A DNA stretch of 63,311 bases, filler included, from Nemertoderma westbladi (taxonomy: Eukaryota > Animalia > Xenacoelomorpha): NCBI GenBank assembly GCA_032718475.1. It is 4 parts of 4 records of this genome, joined end to end, with 100 filler letters (N's around TTAATTAATTAA, not from the genome) between each part and the next. Parts side by side here need not be neighbours in the genome. Positions count along the whole stretch, not along the records: positions 1 to 30,932 come from JAUCBJ010004903.1; positions 31,033 to 48,035 come from JAUCBJ010008335.1; 2 more parts are not named here. One strand, written 5' to 3'. Shown here one piece after another: positions 27,795-39,477 of the stretch. Under the pieces are notes generated by a model. It did no database searches and was not told the origin of the DNA. It saw nothing but the letters and a program-made list of their open reading frames with translations. Within the stretch, counting starts at the first letter, position 1; each line of letters opens with the position of its first letter. Made by a program: the position numbers and the translations under genes.

Positions 27795-28830
27795 CCTACC
27801 AGTGCCAGTCTGCTATGTGCGCTACCGGTACCAGTCTGATATGTGCGCTACCGATGCCAGTCTGCTGTGTGATACCAGTACAATTCTGCTATGTGCGCTA
27901 CTGGTGCCAGTCTGCTGTGTGCTACCAGTACCAGTCTGCTATGTGTACTTGCTACCTGTACCAGACTGCTATGTATTCTATCAGTATCAGTTTGCTAATG
28001 TATGTGTGCTACCTGTACCAGTCTGCTATGTGCACTAATTGTAACAGACTGCTATGTGCACTTGCGCTAACTGTACCAGTCTGCTATATACGCTACCAGT
28101 ATCAGTTTGCTAATGTATGTGTGCTACCTGTACCAGTCTGCTATGTGCACTAATTGTAACAGACTGCTATGTGCACTTGCGCTAACTGTACCAGTCTGCT
28201 ATATACGCTACCGGTATCAGTTTGCTACTGAATGTGTGCTACCTGTACCAGTCTGCTATGTACATTAATGGTTCCAGATTGCTATGTGCGCTACCTGTAC
28301 CAGTCTGCTATGTGTACTTGCTACCAGTGCCAGTCTGTTATGTGCACTACTGGTAACGGTTTGCTACTGTATGTGTGCTACCTGTACCAGTCTGCTGTGT
28401 TCTAACGGTACCAGTCTGCTATGTGTACTTGCTACCAGTACCAGACTGCTATGTGCGCTACCGGTATCAGTTTGCTACTGTATGTGTGCTACCTGTACCA
28501 GTCTGCCATGTGCACTAATAGTACAGTACCAGACTGCTATGTGTGCTACCTGTACCAGTCTGCTGTGCACTACCGGTATAAGTTTGATACTGTATGTGCG
28601 CTACCTGTAACAGGCTGCTACGTGCACTAATGGTACCAGTCTGCTATGTACGCTACCGGTATCAGTTTGCTACTGTATGTATGCTACCTGTACCAGTCTG
28701 CTATGTGCACTAATGGTACCAGACTGCTATGTGCGCTTGTGTTACCAGTGCCACTCTGCTATGTACGCTACTGGTATCAGTTTGCTACTGTATGTGTGCT
28801 ACCTATAACTACCTATGTGCTACCTATGGT
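27795..28830. repeat. Degenerate CTGCTATGTGC/TACCAGT minisatellite, part 2
   Basis: Same degenerate units as 23666-23988, with local ~119-bp higher-order duplications. Confidence 0.88.
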
Positions 28831-29469
28831 AGCCTATAATTATTTTTGAGAACATTACTTGCAAATATTTTTAGCTATATTTTTAGTATTTTCACATATT
28901 TTTAATGTAATTATATTTGAGATCATTATTATTTGTAATTATTTTAAGCCATTCTGTATTGGCGTAATTATTATATTTGAGAACATTAATTGTAATTATT
29001 TGTAGCTACTGTACCTACTATTTCTACACAACATTATTTGAAATTATTTTTGAACACAGTTAACATTTTGTAAGTAAGACAAACATATTGTAAATATACC
29101 CTTTTTTAGCAACTACTTTACAGTATATAAATGTCAGCTATGTATATTTTATTCTCATTTTAAAATTACCTTGTCGGTTTTACTTATTTTTACTTAGAGG
29201 GGGAGGGTAGCTACCCAAAATATAACTTTTCATTACAATTGATTTGATTATGTACGTACTGTAAACTTGCCATTTTACATTCACTTTACAAATACTGTAG
29301 GCCAAAATAATATTCGTATATTTTTAATTATTACAATGTGATATTTATATCTTCATATACGCTGATTAGCGTACTTTTGCCAGATATGTGTGTATGCAGT
29401 ATCTCTAAATTTAAAGGTGCAATCATGAACTTATTGTTACTCTGGCGTCATTAATAACATAACATAACA

Positions 29470-30135
29470 TACCTGTACCAGACTGTTATGTGTACTAATG
29501 GTACCAGACTGCTATGTGCGTTTGCGCTACCTGTACTACTCTGTTATGTGCACTAATGGTACCAGACTGCTATGTGCGCTTGCGCTACAAGTACCAGTCT
29601 GTTATGTGCACTAATGGTACCAGACTGCTATGTGCGTTTGCGCTACCTGTACTACTCTGTTATGTGCACTAATGGTACCAGACTGCTATGTGCGCTTGCG
29701 CTATAAGTACCAGTCTGATATGTGCGCTACCGGTGTGCTACCTGTACCAGTCTGCTATACGCACTAATGGTACCAGACTGCTATGTGCGCTTGCGCTACA
29801 AGTACCAGTCTGTTATGTGCACTAATGGTACCAGACTGCTATGTGCGCTTGCGCTATAAGTACCAGTCTGTTATGTGCACTAATGGAATGGTAGCAGACT
29901 GCTATGTGCGCTTGCGCTAACAGTACCAGTCTGATATGTGCGCTACCGGTGTGCTACCTGTACCAGTCTGCTATACGCACTAATGGTACCAGACTGCTAT
30001 GTGTGGTACCTGTACCAGTCTGCTATGTGTTCTAACGGTAACAGTGTGCTATGTGTTCTAACGGTACCAGTGTGCTATATGTTTGCTACCGGTATGACTG
30101 TGCTACTATGTATGTGCGCTATCGGCACCAGTTTT
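29470..30135. repeat. Degenerate CTGCTATGTGC/TACCAGT minisatellite, part 3
   Basis: ~58-bp higher-order units ATGTGCACTAATGGTACCAGACTGCTATGTGCGCTTGCGCTA... Confidence 0.88.
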
Positions 30136-30798
30136 GACAATGCAGTGAAATTGGGGATTTATACAGAAGGGAGCGAATTTTGCTTCCACAAGAGTTGCAA
30201 GCGAAAAATAAAATTTTAATCTTCAGGCCCCTATCAGTAATGGCTTCCCACTGCGCTTCCCGAATTGATATATTTATATTTCCATAAAAAAAACCAGCTA
30301 ATTATATTTACCAGTTGTAAACAAAATATATTAGATGTATTTGTAACTACTCAAAGCAAAGTAGAAAGGGCTTCCAAGTTCGCATAAGATTCCTTGTGGT
30401 CAAACTTACCTTAGATATAAAACTTATATTTAATTATTATAGATGTAATATTTGCATAAAACTTGATAAAAAATTCAGAAAATATATTAGCTATAAAAGA
30501 ATAATGAAATAAATAATTAAACATTTGTTTGTAGTGTCTGCAGGCCTATATGTAAATTGGTTTTGCCAGAGAATCTCTTCATTACCATTATCGCGTGCGA
30601 GTGGAAGAGGGCAGGTGGCAGATATATGCAAGGTAGAAATCGCAATTAGTAACCATGAGAGCAGACACCATCACGAAGTTTTTGCAATACTGGATCGTCA
30701 TTAAGATATATTTAAGAACCAATCCCAATAATTATGCAATAATTACACACATGTAAGCATGAAAAGAGTGCGATTGTATACATTTGAACTTATTATGT

Positions 30799-30932
30799 TA
30801 ACACAGACTCATTGATCAGACTATAATGTATTTGGTAACACAGACTCATTGATCAGACTATGATGTATTTGGTAACACAGACTCATTGATCAGACTATAA
30901 TGTATTTGGTAACACAGACTCATTGATCAGAC
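30799..30932. repeat. 37-bp tandem repeat truncated at contig end
   Basis: TAACACAGACTCATTGATCAGACTATAATGTATTTGG, ~3.6 copies up to the gap. Confidence 0.9.
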
Positions 30933-31032
30933 NNNNNNNNNNNNNNNNNNNNNNNNNNNNNNNNNNNNNNNNNNNNTTAATTAATTAANNNNNNNNNNNN
31001 NNNNNNNNNNNNNNNNNNNNNNNNNNNNNNNN
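30933..31032. other. Artificial contig linker N44-TTAATTAATTAA-N44
   Basis: 100-bp spacer with a palindromic core giving stops in all six frames; identical at three places. Confidence 0.97.
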
Positions 31033-31158
31033 CTTAAAGTTGCGGATGATCTAGCAAATGTCATGGGTGATAGGGAGTTGTGGCGGTGCAATTTTGTTGA
31101 CAAGCCGGCACAGCATTCTTAAAAATGCAGCTGCAATGCAGCATGCCGATCCTAGTAG
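31033..31158 (+). mobile_element. 3' terminus of the second RTE family
   Basis: Reverse complement of 60936-61055; ends ...GCATGCCGATCCTAGTAG. Confidence 0.85.
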
Positions 31159-31447
31159 CCGTTTATAATACAAACGGCTAACGTGTGTTTACCATATTAT
31201 GGAGGTTTTCCGGTCAAATATAAAAAAAAATTATTAAAATCATAAAGTCAAAGTATATTGACGTTTTCGAGGGCTGCAAATTTGATTACAAAGTTTGATT
31301 AATTAAAAGTTATTCATGACGACAAAAATTATTCTGAGTGGATCGTGGATGTCGCCAAAAAATAAACAAAACAAAGTCAATACGTTTTGAATGACTTCAT
31401 TATATTTTAAGACTTCCGGCACTAATGACACAGGACCTTTATTAGTA

Positions 31448-31583
31448 CTGGAGTAAGGCCGAAGTGCACTAGAGCCAGGCCGAAGTGCACTGGAGCCAGG
31501 CCGAAGTGCACTGGAGACAGGCCGAAGTGAACTGGAACCAGGTCGATGTGCACTGGAGCCAGGCCGATGTGCACTGGAGCCAA
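31448..31583. repeat. 21-bp minisatellite, ~6 copies
   Basis: Unit CTGGAGCCAGGCCGAAGTGCA. Confidence 0.9.
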
Positions 31584-32327
31584 TGATCCATTTTAGGATC
31601 TAATGTCGCGTCCTTAATGCTCCACTATTCCAATTTCTAGGTTGAACCTTTTAGACCTACGCGACGGAGCAACACTTAACTATGAGTAGTGAGCTATCCA
31701 TCACCACGCGTGTATAATAGTTATTACCATTAGAGTATTTCAGTGTAGAGCGGTGCGGCTCCGGTGATATTTCACAGGTCACAGTGCAATCAATCATTTT
31801 TCAACCATATTGTGATTTGATGGTCTGGCCATGCAAGGATTCCAAATATGTAAAAACATTTGACACATTATTACCAGTGCGGTGTGTGTATTAGAGGAAG
31901 CTACAGTAGTACTGCTACCGTAGTTTTAGTTTGTCTGATGAGATACCTGACCATTATAGGCCTACATACCGATACTTACATGACAACCAAGCCCCTACCC
32001 GACCTGTAATGAGGAATCTTTGTTATCAGGACTGCTTTGCGTAGCTTAGTACTTCGTGACGTAATTCCCGTTAGTGCCGTAGTTTCAAAATACCCACGCG
32101 TCTTCAAAAAACACCTACCTGCCTAGGCGTAGTTGTTAAAATGGCAGTGAGACTGGCCCAACCCAGGGGCGGTTTCATGGAGGTGTGTGCGAGGGGGGAG
32201 ATGGACGGGACCCCCCCCCCCCCCCCCCCGACCATGTTTGATCGGTGCAAATCGCACCAGTCGGTGCACGCAGGGTTAAGATGGCTCATAACACCATGAA
32301 ACTATTTTCTGTTGTAACAGGATAACA

Positions 32328-33212
32328 CGTTCGTGGGCCGTCGCGCAGCACGCGAACTTGAGCAAGTTCGAAACAAGTTCGATTTGATCTGGAGTCAAAA
32401 TTTCGAGAGGTATTTGCTCGAAATTTTCAAAAATATTGGAACTTTTTCTCTAATATCCACATACGAAATTTGGTTGAAAATTGTTAAAATTGAATAGATA
32501 GGGGGGAAAAGATAGATAAAGGATAGATAGGAGGGAAAATTGAATTGAACCATAATACTATACTTGTCTATGGTAATAAATAGGCCTTTCTGTATTAACT
32601 TTTTTTTTGAATTTTTAAATTTCATTACATAATATTTATTTATTTATTATTTTATTATACTGGTACTACAGTACTGACTACTTACTGTATTCAAAAATCG
32701 AAACTGTCAATTTGCTAACTAATAAAGAGACGAAAACCCACGGGCAGCAGTGCGATATCTCATCGCGGTCAACGCTACAAAGTAAAATTCAAAACAGATA
32801 CATAAGGTGTGGAAATGTATTTAACAATGATTTACAGGATAGAACACAATAAAAAATTTCACGATGGAAAGACTGTTAGGTATGAAAGACTGTTAGGTAT
32901 GAAAGACTTTAGAGTCATTGTTTTGTTACTGATACCATGTGAAATGGATATTGTTGAAACTATCGAATTGATTACAGTAATTTAGAACTGCATTTCTTTA
33001 AAAAAACGTAGAATTCAATTCAAATAATTAAAACGTAATATTTGTTCAATTGAATTTTTTTGTGAACTTTTATAAAGTACTAGCCTAGGCCTACTATTTG
33101 TTTTAAATATTAATACTTAGTTGTATCAATTTAATAACAATTTACTATTAAAATAACCACCGCATAAAAATATAATATTGTATTCTTAAATTGTTACTTC
33201 GTCGCTCGAACA
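32328..33212 (+). mobile_element. Possible Helentron-like non-autonomous element, related termini
   Basis: Begins ACA|CGTTCGTGGGCCGTCGCGCAGCACG and ends CTTCGTCGCTCGAACA, resembling the ends of 34694-36239 and 24645-27317. Confidence 0.45.
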
Positions 33213-33612
33213 TTCCCCAAAATTGGGGGAATAAGTTTCACATTATTTCCCCTATGGAAAAACGTAGCCCATTGGATTGCATAGATTTAATTTTTCCCGG
33301 CGAAAAAAGTAGTTTAAAATATTTTTGGTTGAATTTCTTAATATTTATTACATGTGGTGAAAGAGATTCGAAGTATAAATTATTGTTTGCAAGTAATTTG
33401 AGCAAAATCCATAAGCACACATTCAAAATGTATTGCAAATTTTGTGTCTGCAAGGCGAACTCCAAAACGGAACTCAATATCCAATATTGGTTTATGTTGT
33501 TAAGCGGCTCTCTAGTTACGTAAAAAATATTCGAGAACACTAAATTATTTAACATTGAGTAAGGCAGCATTATACGGTGGCTGATTGCGGCCAATTATTT
33601 CCATTTTTTTAA

Positions 33613-33881
33613 TGTTTATCACCCGGGTGAAAAACATTTATCACCCGGGTGAAAAACATTTATCACCCGGGTGAAAAACATTTATCACCCGGGTGAAAAA
33701 CATTTATCACCCGGGTGAAAAACATTTATCACCCGGGTGAAAAACATTTATCACCCGGGTGAAAAACATTTATTACCCGGGTGAAAAACATTTATCACCC
33801 GGGTGAAAAACATTTATCACCCGGGTGAAAAACATTTATCACCCGGGTGAAAAACATTTATCACCCGGGTGAAAAACATTT
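33613..33881. repeat. Left subterminal array: 12 x 22-bp CATTTATCACCCGGGTGAAAAA
   Basis: Each unit contains the palindrome TCACCCGGGTGA; counted directly. Confidence 0.97.
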
Positions 33882-34693
33882 AAATGCTTAAAGGCATTTG
33901 AATATTTTTTGATGTAAATCATTACAGGGTTTTATTTTTTAAATGTTTTTACAGCACATTGTAATGTGCCGTAAATTTTCTGTTAATAAATGGGCCTGTC
34001 AAATTACTACAAAACAGTAGGCCTATACAGTGAGTGTGATGTCATAGTTACCGTAGATAAACTGAAACTGACTGTAGTACATCCTGTGTGTGTATAAGCT
34101 TAAAGGGCTACATACCGCAAGGCGCAAACAGAAATTGGTCGATTTAGGCTGTTTTCCAATGTGACAGCGGATAATAGATTTGTTTGTGCGTGATTTGCCG
34201 AAACAATGCATATCCAGTGACAATATATTTTGTAAAAGTTATTACGTTTTAATTAATGCACAATGAGTCTGTTCACGGTCTGACGGTTATCTAAATAACA
34301 GCTTGTGGCAACTGGCAACCACGTACAACGTCTCCCTAAAGAACAAATAAGGCCTACTGGAAACCGCTCTGTTTGCTATATCACTACTGCATTATAACGA
34401 CACCCCTAGCGCCTAGTACTTCCCGGTATATCAGTATAATACTGATATACTGTACTGTACATCATCTAGTAACACGTGTTAACTTTCGTGTATTGTTTTG
34501 GTTCCCCCAAGCAGTTATTATCAACCAGACACACAAATAGGCCTATACTTACTTCATACAGCTAATACAGTAGTAGCTAAGTAAATTAAAACTAAAACTA
34601 CTGTAAAAGTAAAATTCAAACTATTGACATAACTATATCCTTGTTTGTATAAGCCTAAGGTGGTTGTAGTCTACTGTGCATACAATAAATACA

Positions 34694-36239
34694 CGTTCGT
34701 GGGGACTTCGCGCAGCACGAGGCCTAGTTATTATATACAAATTAAAATGCAGCGACTGTATCACAAAATCAGGTTTTGAGAAATTTACCCACACCACCAA
34801 TCAATCAAAGAAAGGTGGACAGTACGTGTTCACCCCTTTTAATCTCCCCCCCCCCCCCCCCCACCCTTCCCAACCACCAATACATAACCGCGACATCTAC
34901 CACCCACGGAAGGGTAGCACGAACTTATTTCCAATCGCACGTTAAATATGCAAAGCCAGGTGGTTTATAGGAATATAATAAACGCAGTACTCGTTTTCAT
35001 TATAAGCCTCTTTGCGTTCGTCCTGTTTTGTATTTAAATATATTTCTTAAACGCAGGCTAGGACGATCTTTATAATAATAATAACTAGGGATGCGATCAA
35101 TATGTGAAGCCAGGTGGTTTATAAAATAATTTAGTCAACGCAGTACTCGTCTTCATTATATGCATCGTTGCGCTCGTCGCTTGTCCTGTTTTGTCATAAA
35201 ATATTTTTCCTAAACGCAGACTGACGATCTTTATACAGTTATAACTATGCGAAGTTTCGAAACTGTGCGAGTAACTGTTGATACATCTATGTGGAGATGT
35301 GTGATATGTGGAGATGTGTGATACAACGCCAACGCATCTTATGCCGATGTAGTAATATGGGTATTGAAATAATATTAAATCAATGTACACTCTTAAAGCT
35401 GCAGCGAAAAAATGTAGCTAATTTCCTAGGTTACATATAAAATAATAATATTATTTTTAAGAACATTAATTTTACTACTTTGCAAAAATTCAATTAAAAA
35501 ATAACCAGACATATACATTGTGGAATAAACTATTTCAGAAGCCTACAACAGCCATGCCATGGATTGTATTTATGTTATTATATCTGTCATTTAACTGAGA
35601 TAGCAATAGTAGTAATAGTCGAACGGTTATGCGGCCCGTCCAGCCTATAATAAACACAATTCAGTGATTGGGCTGGAATAGCAATACTGGTTGCCTCTAT
35701 TACAATTCCTCTCAGGTTAGTCTACAGCCACAACTCCCAGCAGCTAGCTCCACACCAGCAGAGACTTGACCAATAATGGGAAGGATTAAATTTGTACTCA
35801 ATAATTGTGCGGTTTAATTACGTTTAGATCAATTAAAGACACATTTATTAAAGCAAATCACTTAAACTAATTAAAAACTATAATAGAATGGCGTATGGGG
35901 ATTATATCTGTATAATTTTTAAGTATAATTATTTAAATCTTATACTGTAAAACAATTAATTTCCTTTAAAAGGCAGGTTGAAAATGGCGTTTTCACCGCA
36001 ATCAACTTAATTAACTAATTAACTGCTATTATCTTAGCTTCTCGAAGGCCACACGGAAATTCTACTTGGAAAATTTCTAAACTTTTGCCAAACAACATGT
36101 ATACCAAGTTTGGATAGATTTCATCAAAGATTGGCCGAGTTATTAACGTTTAAAATTGAACACGACAGAACGACAGAACGACAGGTTGATTAATGGTACC
36201 ACTACGCTAAGGCTCACTCACTTCGTGGCTCGCCCCACA
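34694..36239 (+). mobile_element. Helentron-like non-autonomous element nested in the IS3EU-like transposon
   Basis: Starts ACA|CGTTCGTGGGGACTTCGCGCAGCACGAGG and ends CTTCGTGGCTCGCCCCACA. 35815-36239 is homologous to the reverse complement of 26622-26760 joined to 24645-24947. Confidence 0.65.
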
Positions 36240-36241
36240 AG

Positions 36242-36808
36242 ATTTCATTCGAAGAGAAGAACTCTGCAATAGAAATTCTTTGTCGCCATATTCTGATTAG
36301 CACATGTATGGAGGAGATTCAAAGTTACAGGAAAGGCTTGCAATTCTTCAGTGTATTGGATATTATGAAGCTGTATCCTGATGATGCTCTGAAAGAGCTC
36401 ATCCATGAGCTTGTTACAGTAGACGATGTTAAACGTTGCTTCAGTCCATCATACACATCGCCTGATATATCTAGGGAGAGAGAAAAAGAACAAGAAATTG
36501 CTTTTAAGTTTAATATGTTCTTAACAAAGGTTAGTAAAGGATTACTCAAGGCCCAAGTTTATGACTACGAGTGCGATGCAACACTTTGCGATATATTGCA
36601 GTTCGGTTCAGGATCTCGATTTCCCAACTTTAAGGGAACGTTGCAGTTTGATAGAACGGATGATAGTCAGCGACGAGTTAATTCGGATACATGCGCAATG
36701 ATTATTCATTTTCCGTTGAATGATAGATATCTCTTAGGGTCAACTAAAAAGTTCTGCCGTAACGTGGCTGACGATATTTTTGATGATCTCGGATTCGGTC
36801 AGATATAA
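36242..36808 (+). CDS. HECT-type E3 ubiquitin ligase C-terminal region (G2E3-like), transposon-borne, 5' part interrupted
   Basis: Frame is open from 36242 (first ATG 36308). It has ILCRHILI..EEIQSYRKGLQFFSVL, TLCDILQFGSGS (cf. HECT LLQFxTGS), VNSDTCAMIIHFP (cf. PxAHTCFNxLxLP with the catalytic Cys) and C-terminal GFGQI (HECT -4 Phe). Confidence 0.7.
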   Translation: MSFEEKNSAIEILCRHILISTCMEEIQSYRKGLQFFSVLDIMKLYPDDALKELIHELVTVDDVKRCFSPSYTSPDISREREKEQEIAFKFNMFLTKVSKGLLKAQVYDYECDATLCDILQFGSGSRFPNFKGTLQFDRTDDSQRRVNSDTCAMIIHFPLNDRYLLGSTKKFCRNVADDIFDDLGFGQI

Positions 36809-37554
36809 CTCAACTTGTTAAAGTTGGTTAGATATAGCTAAACTTGTATACTACAACCCAGAACTGCCAACCGAACTTTGAATACTTTGTTTATTACGTA
36901 GTGAAACTTTTAGAAGTTTTTCATTTTTAGTACAATTGATGTGTCTTAGTAAAGATTTAAATGTGTTTGAACGTTAAAATGTTTAATTTATTAACTGGGG
37001 CGATTGGGTGGGGCGATAAATCCTTTAGAGCAATAAATAAGCATAATAAAATAAAAATAAGATAAAAAATATAATACTAGAAAATAAGCATAAATTTGCA
37101 GCGCCACCTAGTGGTGCAGAATTGTTTTCACAAAATTTCGCCTGATAATTATGTTGCCCCATCTTTGATCTATCATATAAAAAACTTTAATTTGATTTGA
37201 TTCAAAACTATAAAAGTACTAGTATTAACTACTATTAAATAGCGAAAAATAAAATTTATATGACCCCCCCCCCCCCCCCCCCCCCCCGATATGGATCATA
37301 TAAATGCTACACCTTCGGTATGTTATATTTTCAGAAGTTGTAACCTGTTATTGTTATTATGGAATTTTTGCAAAAAAAATATTGAAGTGGCGCTACCAAC
37401 TTAAAGATTGAACCTTCCCGAGCAAAAAATGTCTGTAATACCTAAGAAAGTCTGTCAATATATTATATTGATATTAGATTTTATGATCGTTCAATATTAT
37501 TTAAAAGTATTTTAAAAGTTATTTAAAAAAAAAAAACTACATGTGTTCTCACAG

Positions 37555-38645
37555 TCAGTTAGCAGGTGTCTTGATCGTTGGGGGCGCCTCATCTTCTGCA
37601 AGAATGTAGTCTCCAGCCAACTCCATAGAGCGAATGCAAGTTGGGTTTGAACTGGTAAATATGTTCAGTAGATTGATATCATGATCACTAACAGTTTCTA
37701 TATAGTTCGGGACGTCAAGGTATAACAAATCTGGTTTACCTCCCGGTGATATCAAACTACTAGTGCGAATTCTGTGGCTATTCCATCGTTGCTTTATAAG
37801 ATTAAAGACACGCTGTAAGTAGTTCATATAAGTGAAGCGTACAACCTGCACATGAAGTTCGTCGTCGAAGTTAATGACACTGTTTATTGCTAACTCGTTA
37901 AAGTGTGTTAACCATTCCGACATTCCCAAAACTGGGAATTTGGACCACCAGGCCTCAATTCTTTGATTCCTCGAACTCTTCCCCTGGATATATGCGCATC
38001 CTGCAGTACTTCTTATCCTGCAGAACTTCTGAATGATTTCTATGTTCACATTCTCTGTGCCACGATCTGTACGTACTATATGTGGGACGCCGCCAATATA
38101 TTTTATTGTTTATAGGAAGTAACCGGCCACTACAAAGGGGTCGTTATTAGTACTCGAACACTTAAGCCATAATATACGTCTACTGTAACCCGTCGATTGC
38201 TCCATGAACAGCAAATCCAAATGGTTTTAATTTGTCCCACCCATCAACGTGCATGAGAAAGTTGGGACCCTTCGCCTGGTAAGTCCTGCGAAGTAGTTTC
38301 CTAGAAATTCTAGTCTGAAAAGCTTCAGGATTGTAAATCGCCAACAAACTAGCGATGAGTTTTCGAGGGACGAATAATTTATGTTCAGTCATTAATATTT
38401 GCTGGAGTTGTCTGTATCCACATGTAGGACGACTATTGGTTCCTCCTCTATAATTGAAAGTGTTTGTTCGAATTGTTGAACATTTAGACGTCGTGATAGA
38501 CCAAGGTTATGTACTGTACATATCGCCGAATAGTTCTATGAGATCGTATTATACTGTACTTTTCAAACAGCAATCGTGTGATCTCTTTATATGTGAAGCC
38601 ATCCCAGAAAAAGTTTTGTATGACAGAGTGAATATCCAAATCCAT
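37555..38645 (-). pseudogene. DDE transposase (integrase core, IS3/IS481-like), disrupted
   Basis: Reconstruction: MDLDIHSVIQNFFWDGFTYKEI...RTIRRYVHNLGLSRR...GYRQL...RRTYQAKGPNFLMHVDGWDKLKPFGFAVHGAIDGYSRRILWL...VRTDRGTENV...SSRNQRIEAWW. Needs three frameshift repairs (~38515, ~38440, ~38190) and read-through of one TAA (~38111). Confidence 0.88.
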
Positions 38646-38771
38646 AAAAATTGCTAGTACTAAACACCTACACTATGATGCTAGACAGGAACATTACAAT
38701 GTAAAAACATTTAAAAAACAAAATAATTTATTGATTTACAACAAAAGATGCAAATTATTTTAAGCATTTAA

Positions 38772-39060
38772 ATGTTTTTCACCCGGGTGATAAATGTTTT
38801 TCACCCAGGTGATAAATGTTTTTCACCCGTGTGAAAAATGTTTTTCACCCGGGTGATAAATGTTTTTCACCCGGGTGATAAATGTTTTTCACCCGGGTGA
38901 TAAATGTTTTTCACCCGGGTGATAAATGTTTTTCACCCGGTTGATAAATGTTTTTCACCCGGGTGATAAATATTTTTCACCCGGGTGATAAATGTTTTTC
39001 ACCCTGGTGATAAATGTTTTTCACCCTGGTGATAAATGTTTTTCACCCGGGTGATAAACA
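38772..39060. repeat. Right subterminal array: 13 x 22-bp, inverted relative to the left array
   Basis: TTTTTCACCCGGGTGATAAATG units, several with point variants. Confidence 0.97.
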
Positions 39061-39477
39061 TTAAAAAAATTTAAATAATTGGCCGCAATCAGCCACCGTA
39101 GCATTAGGAGTTGAAGAGTACAATAATTTGAATTGGAAGCAATATAGTAAAATACTATATAGTTCAGTAACACTATATCGCTCTATCTTTTATTAAATAA
39201 ATAATTGAGCAACAAAAAAGTACCAATTTAAGGTTATGTATTACTGTATATGGGAAAAAACGTAGAACTTTTTTTAATAGGTACATGCACAGTTGAACCG
39301 TTTCAATTTAAATCGGTGCAAATTGACTAATTGACCCCCCCCCCGTACAGTACAGTTGTACCGGGTAGTGGTTGATTGTATTTGATTAGCAGTTTGCAGT
39401 TTACAGGTTTACAAATTTAGGCCTACCAGACCGGTACCGGTAGACAATTTCCTAAGATGTCTATTTTTTATTGAGTT

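Larger units (their letters stand above)
33573..39100. mobile_element. Full-length IS3EU-like (eukaryotic IS3/IS481-type DDE) DNA transposon, 5,528 bp
   Basis: Perfect 28-bp terminal inversion TACGGTGGCTGATTGCGGCCAATTATTT, extending imperfectly to ~400 bp. 6-bp TSD GCATTA at 33567-33572 and 39101-39106. TAC...GTA ends and a 6-bp TSD match what I recall for Repbase IS3EU. Contains a DDE transposase and a second ORF. Confidence 0.9.

Noticed and set aside
30933-31032. Palindromic TTAATTAATTAA inside N runs (three times)
   Set aside because: Identical 100-bp artificial linker, not biological. Gene neighbourhoods across it cannot be interpreted.
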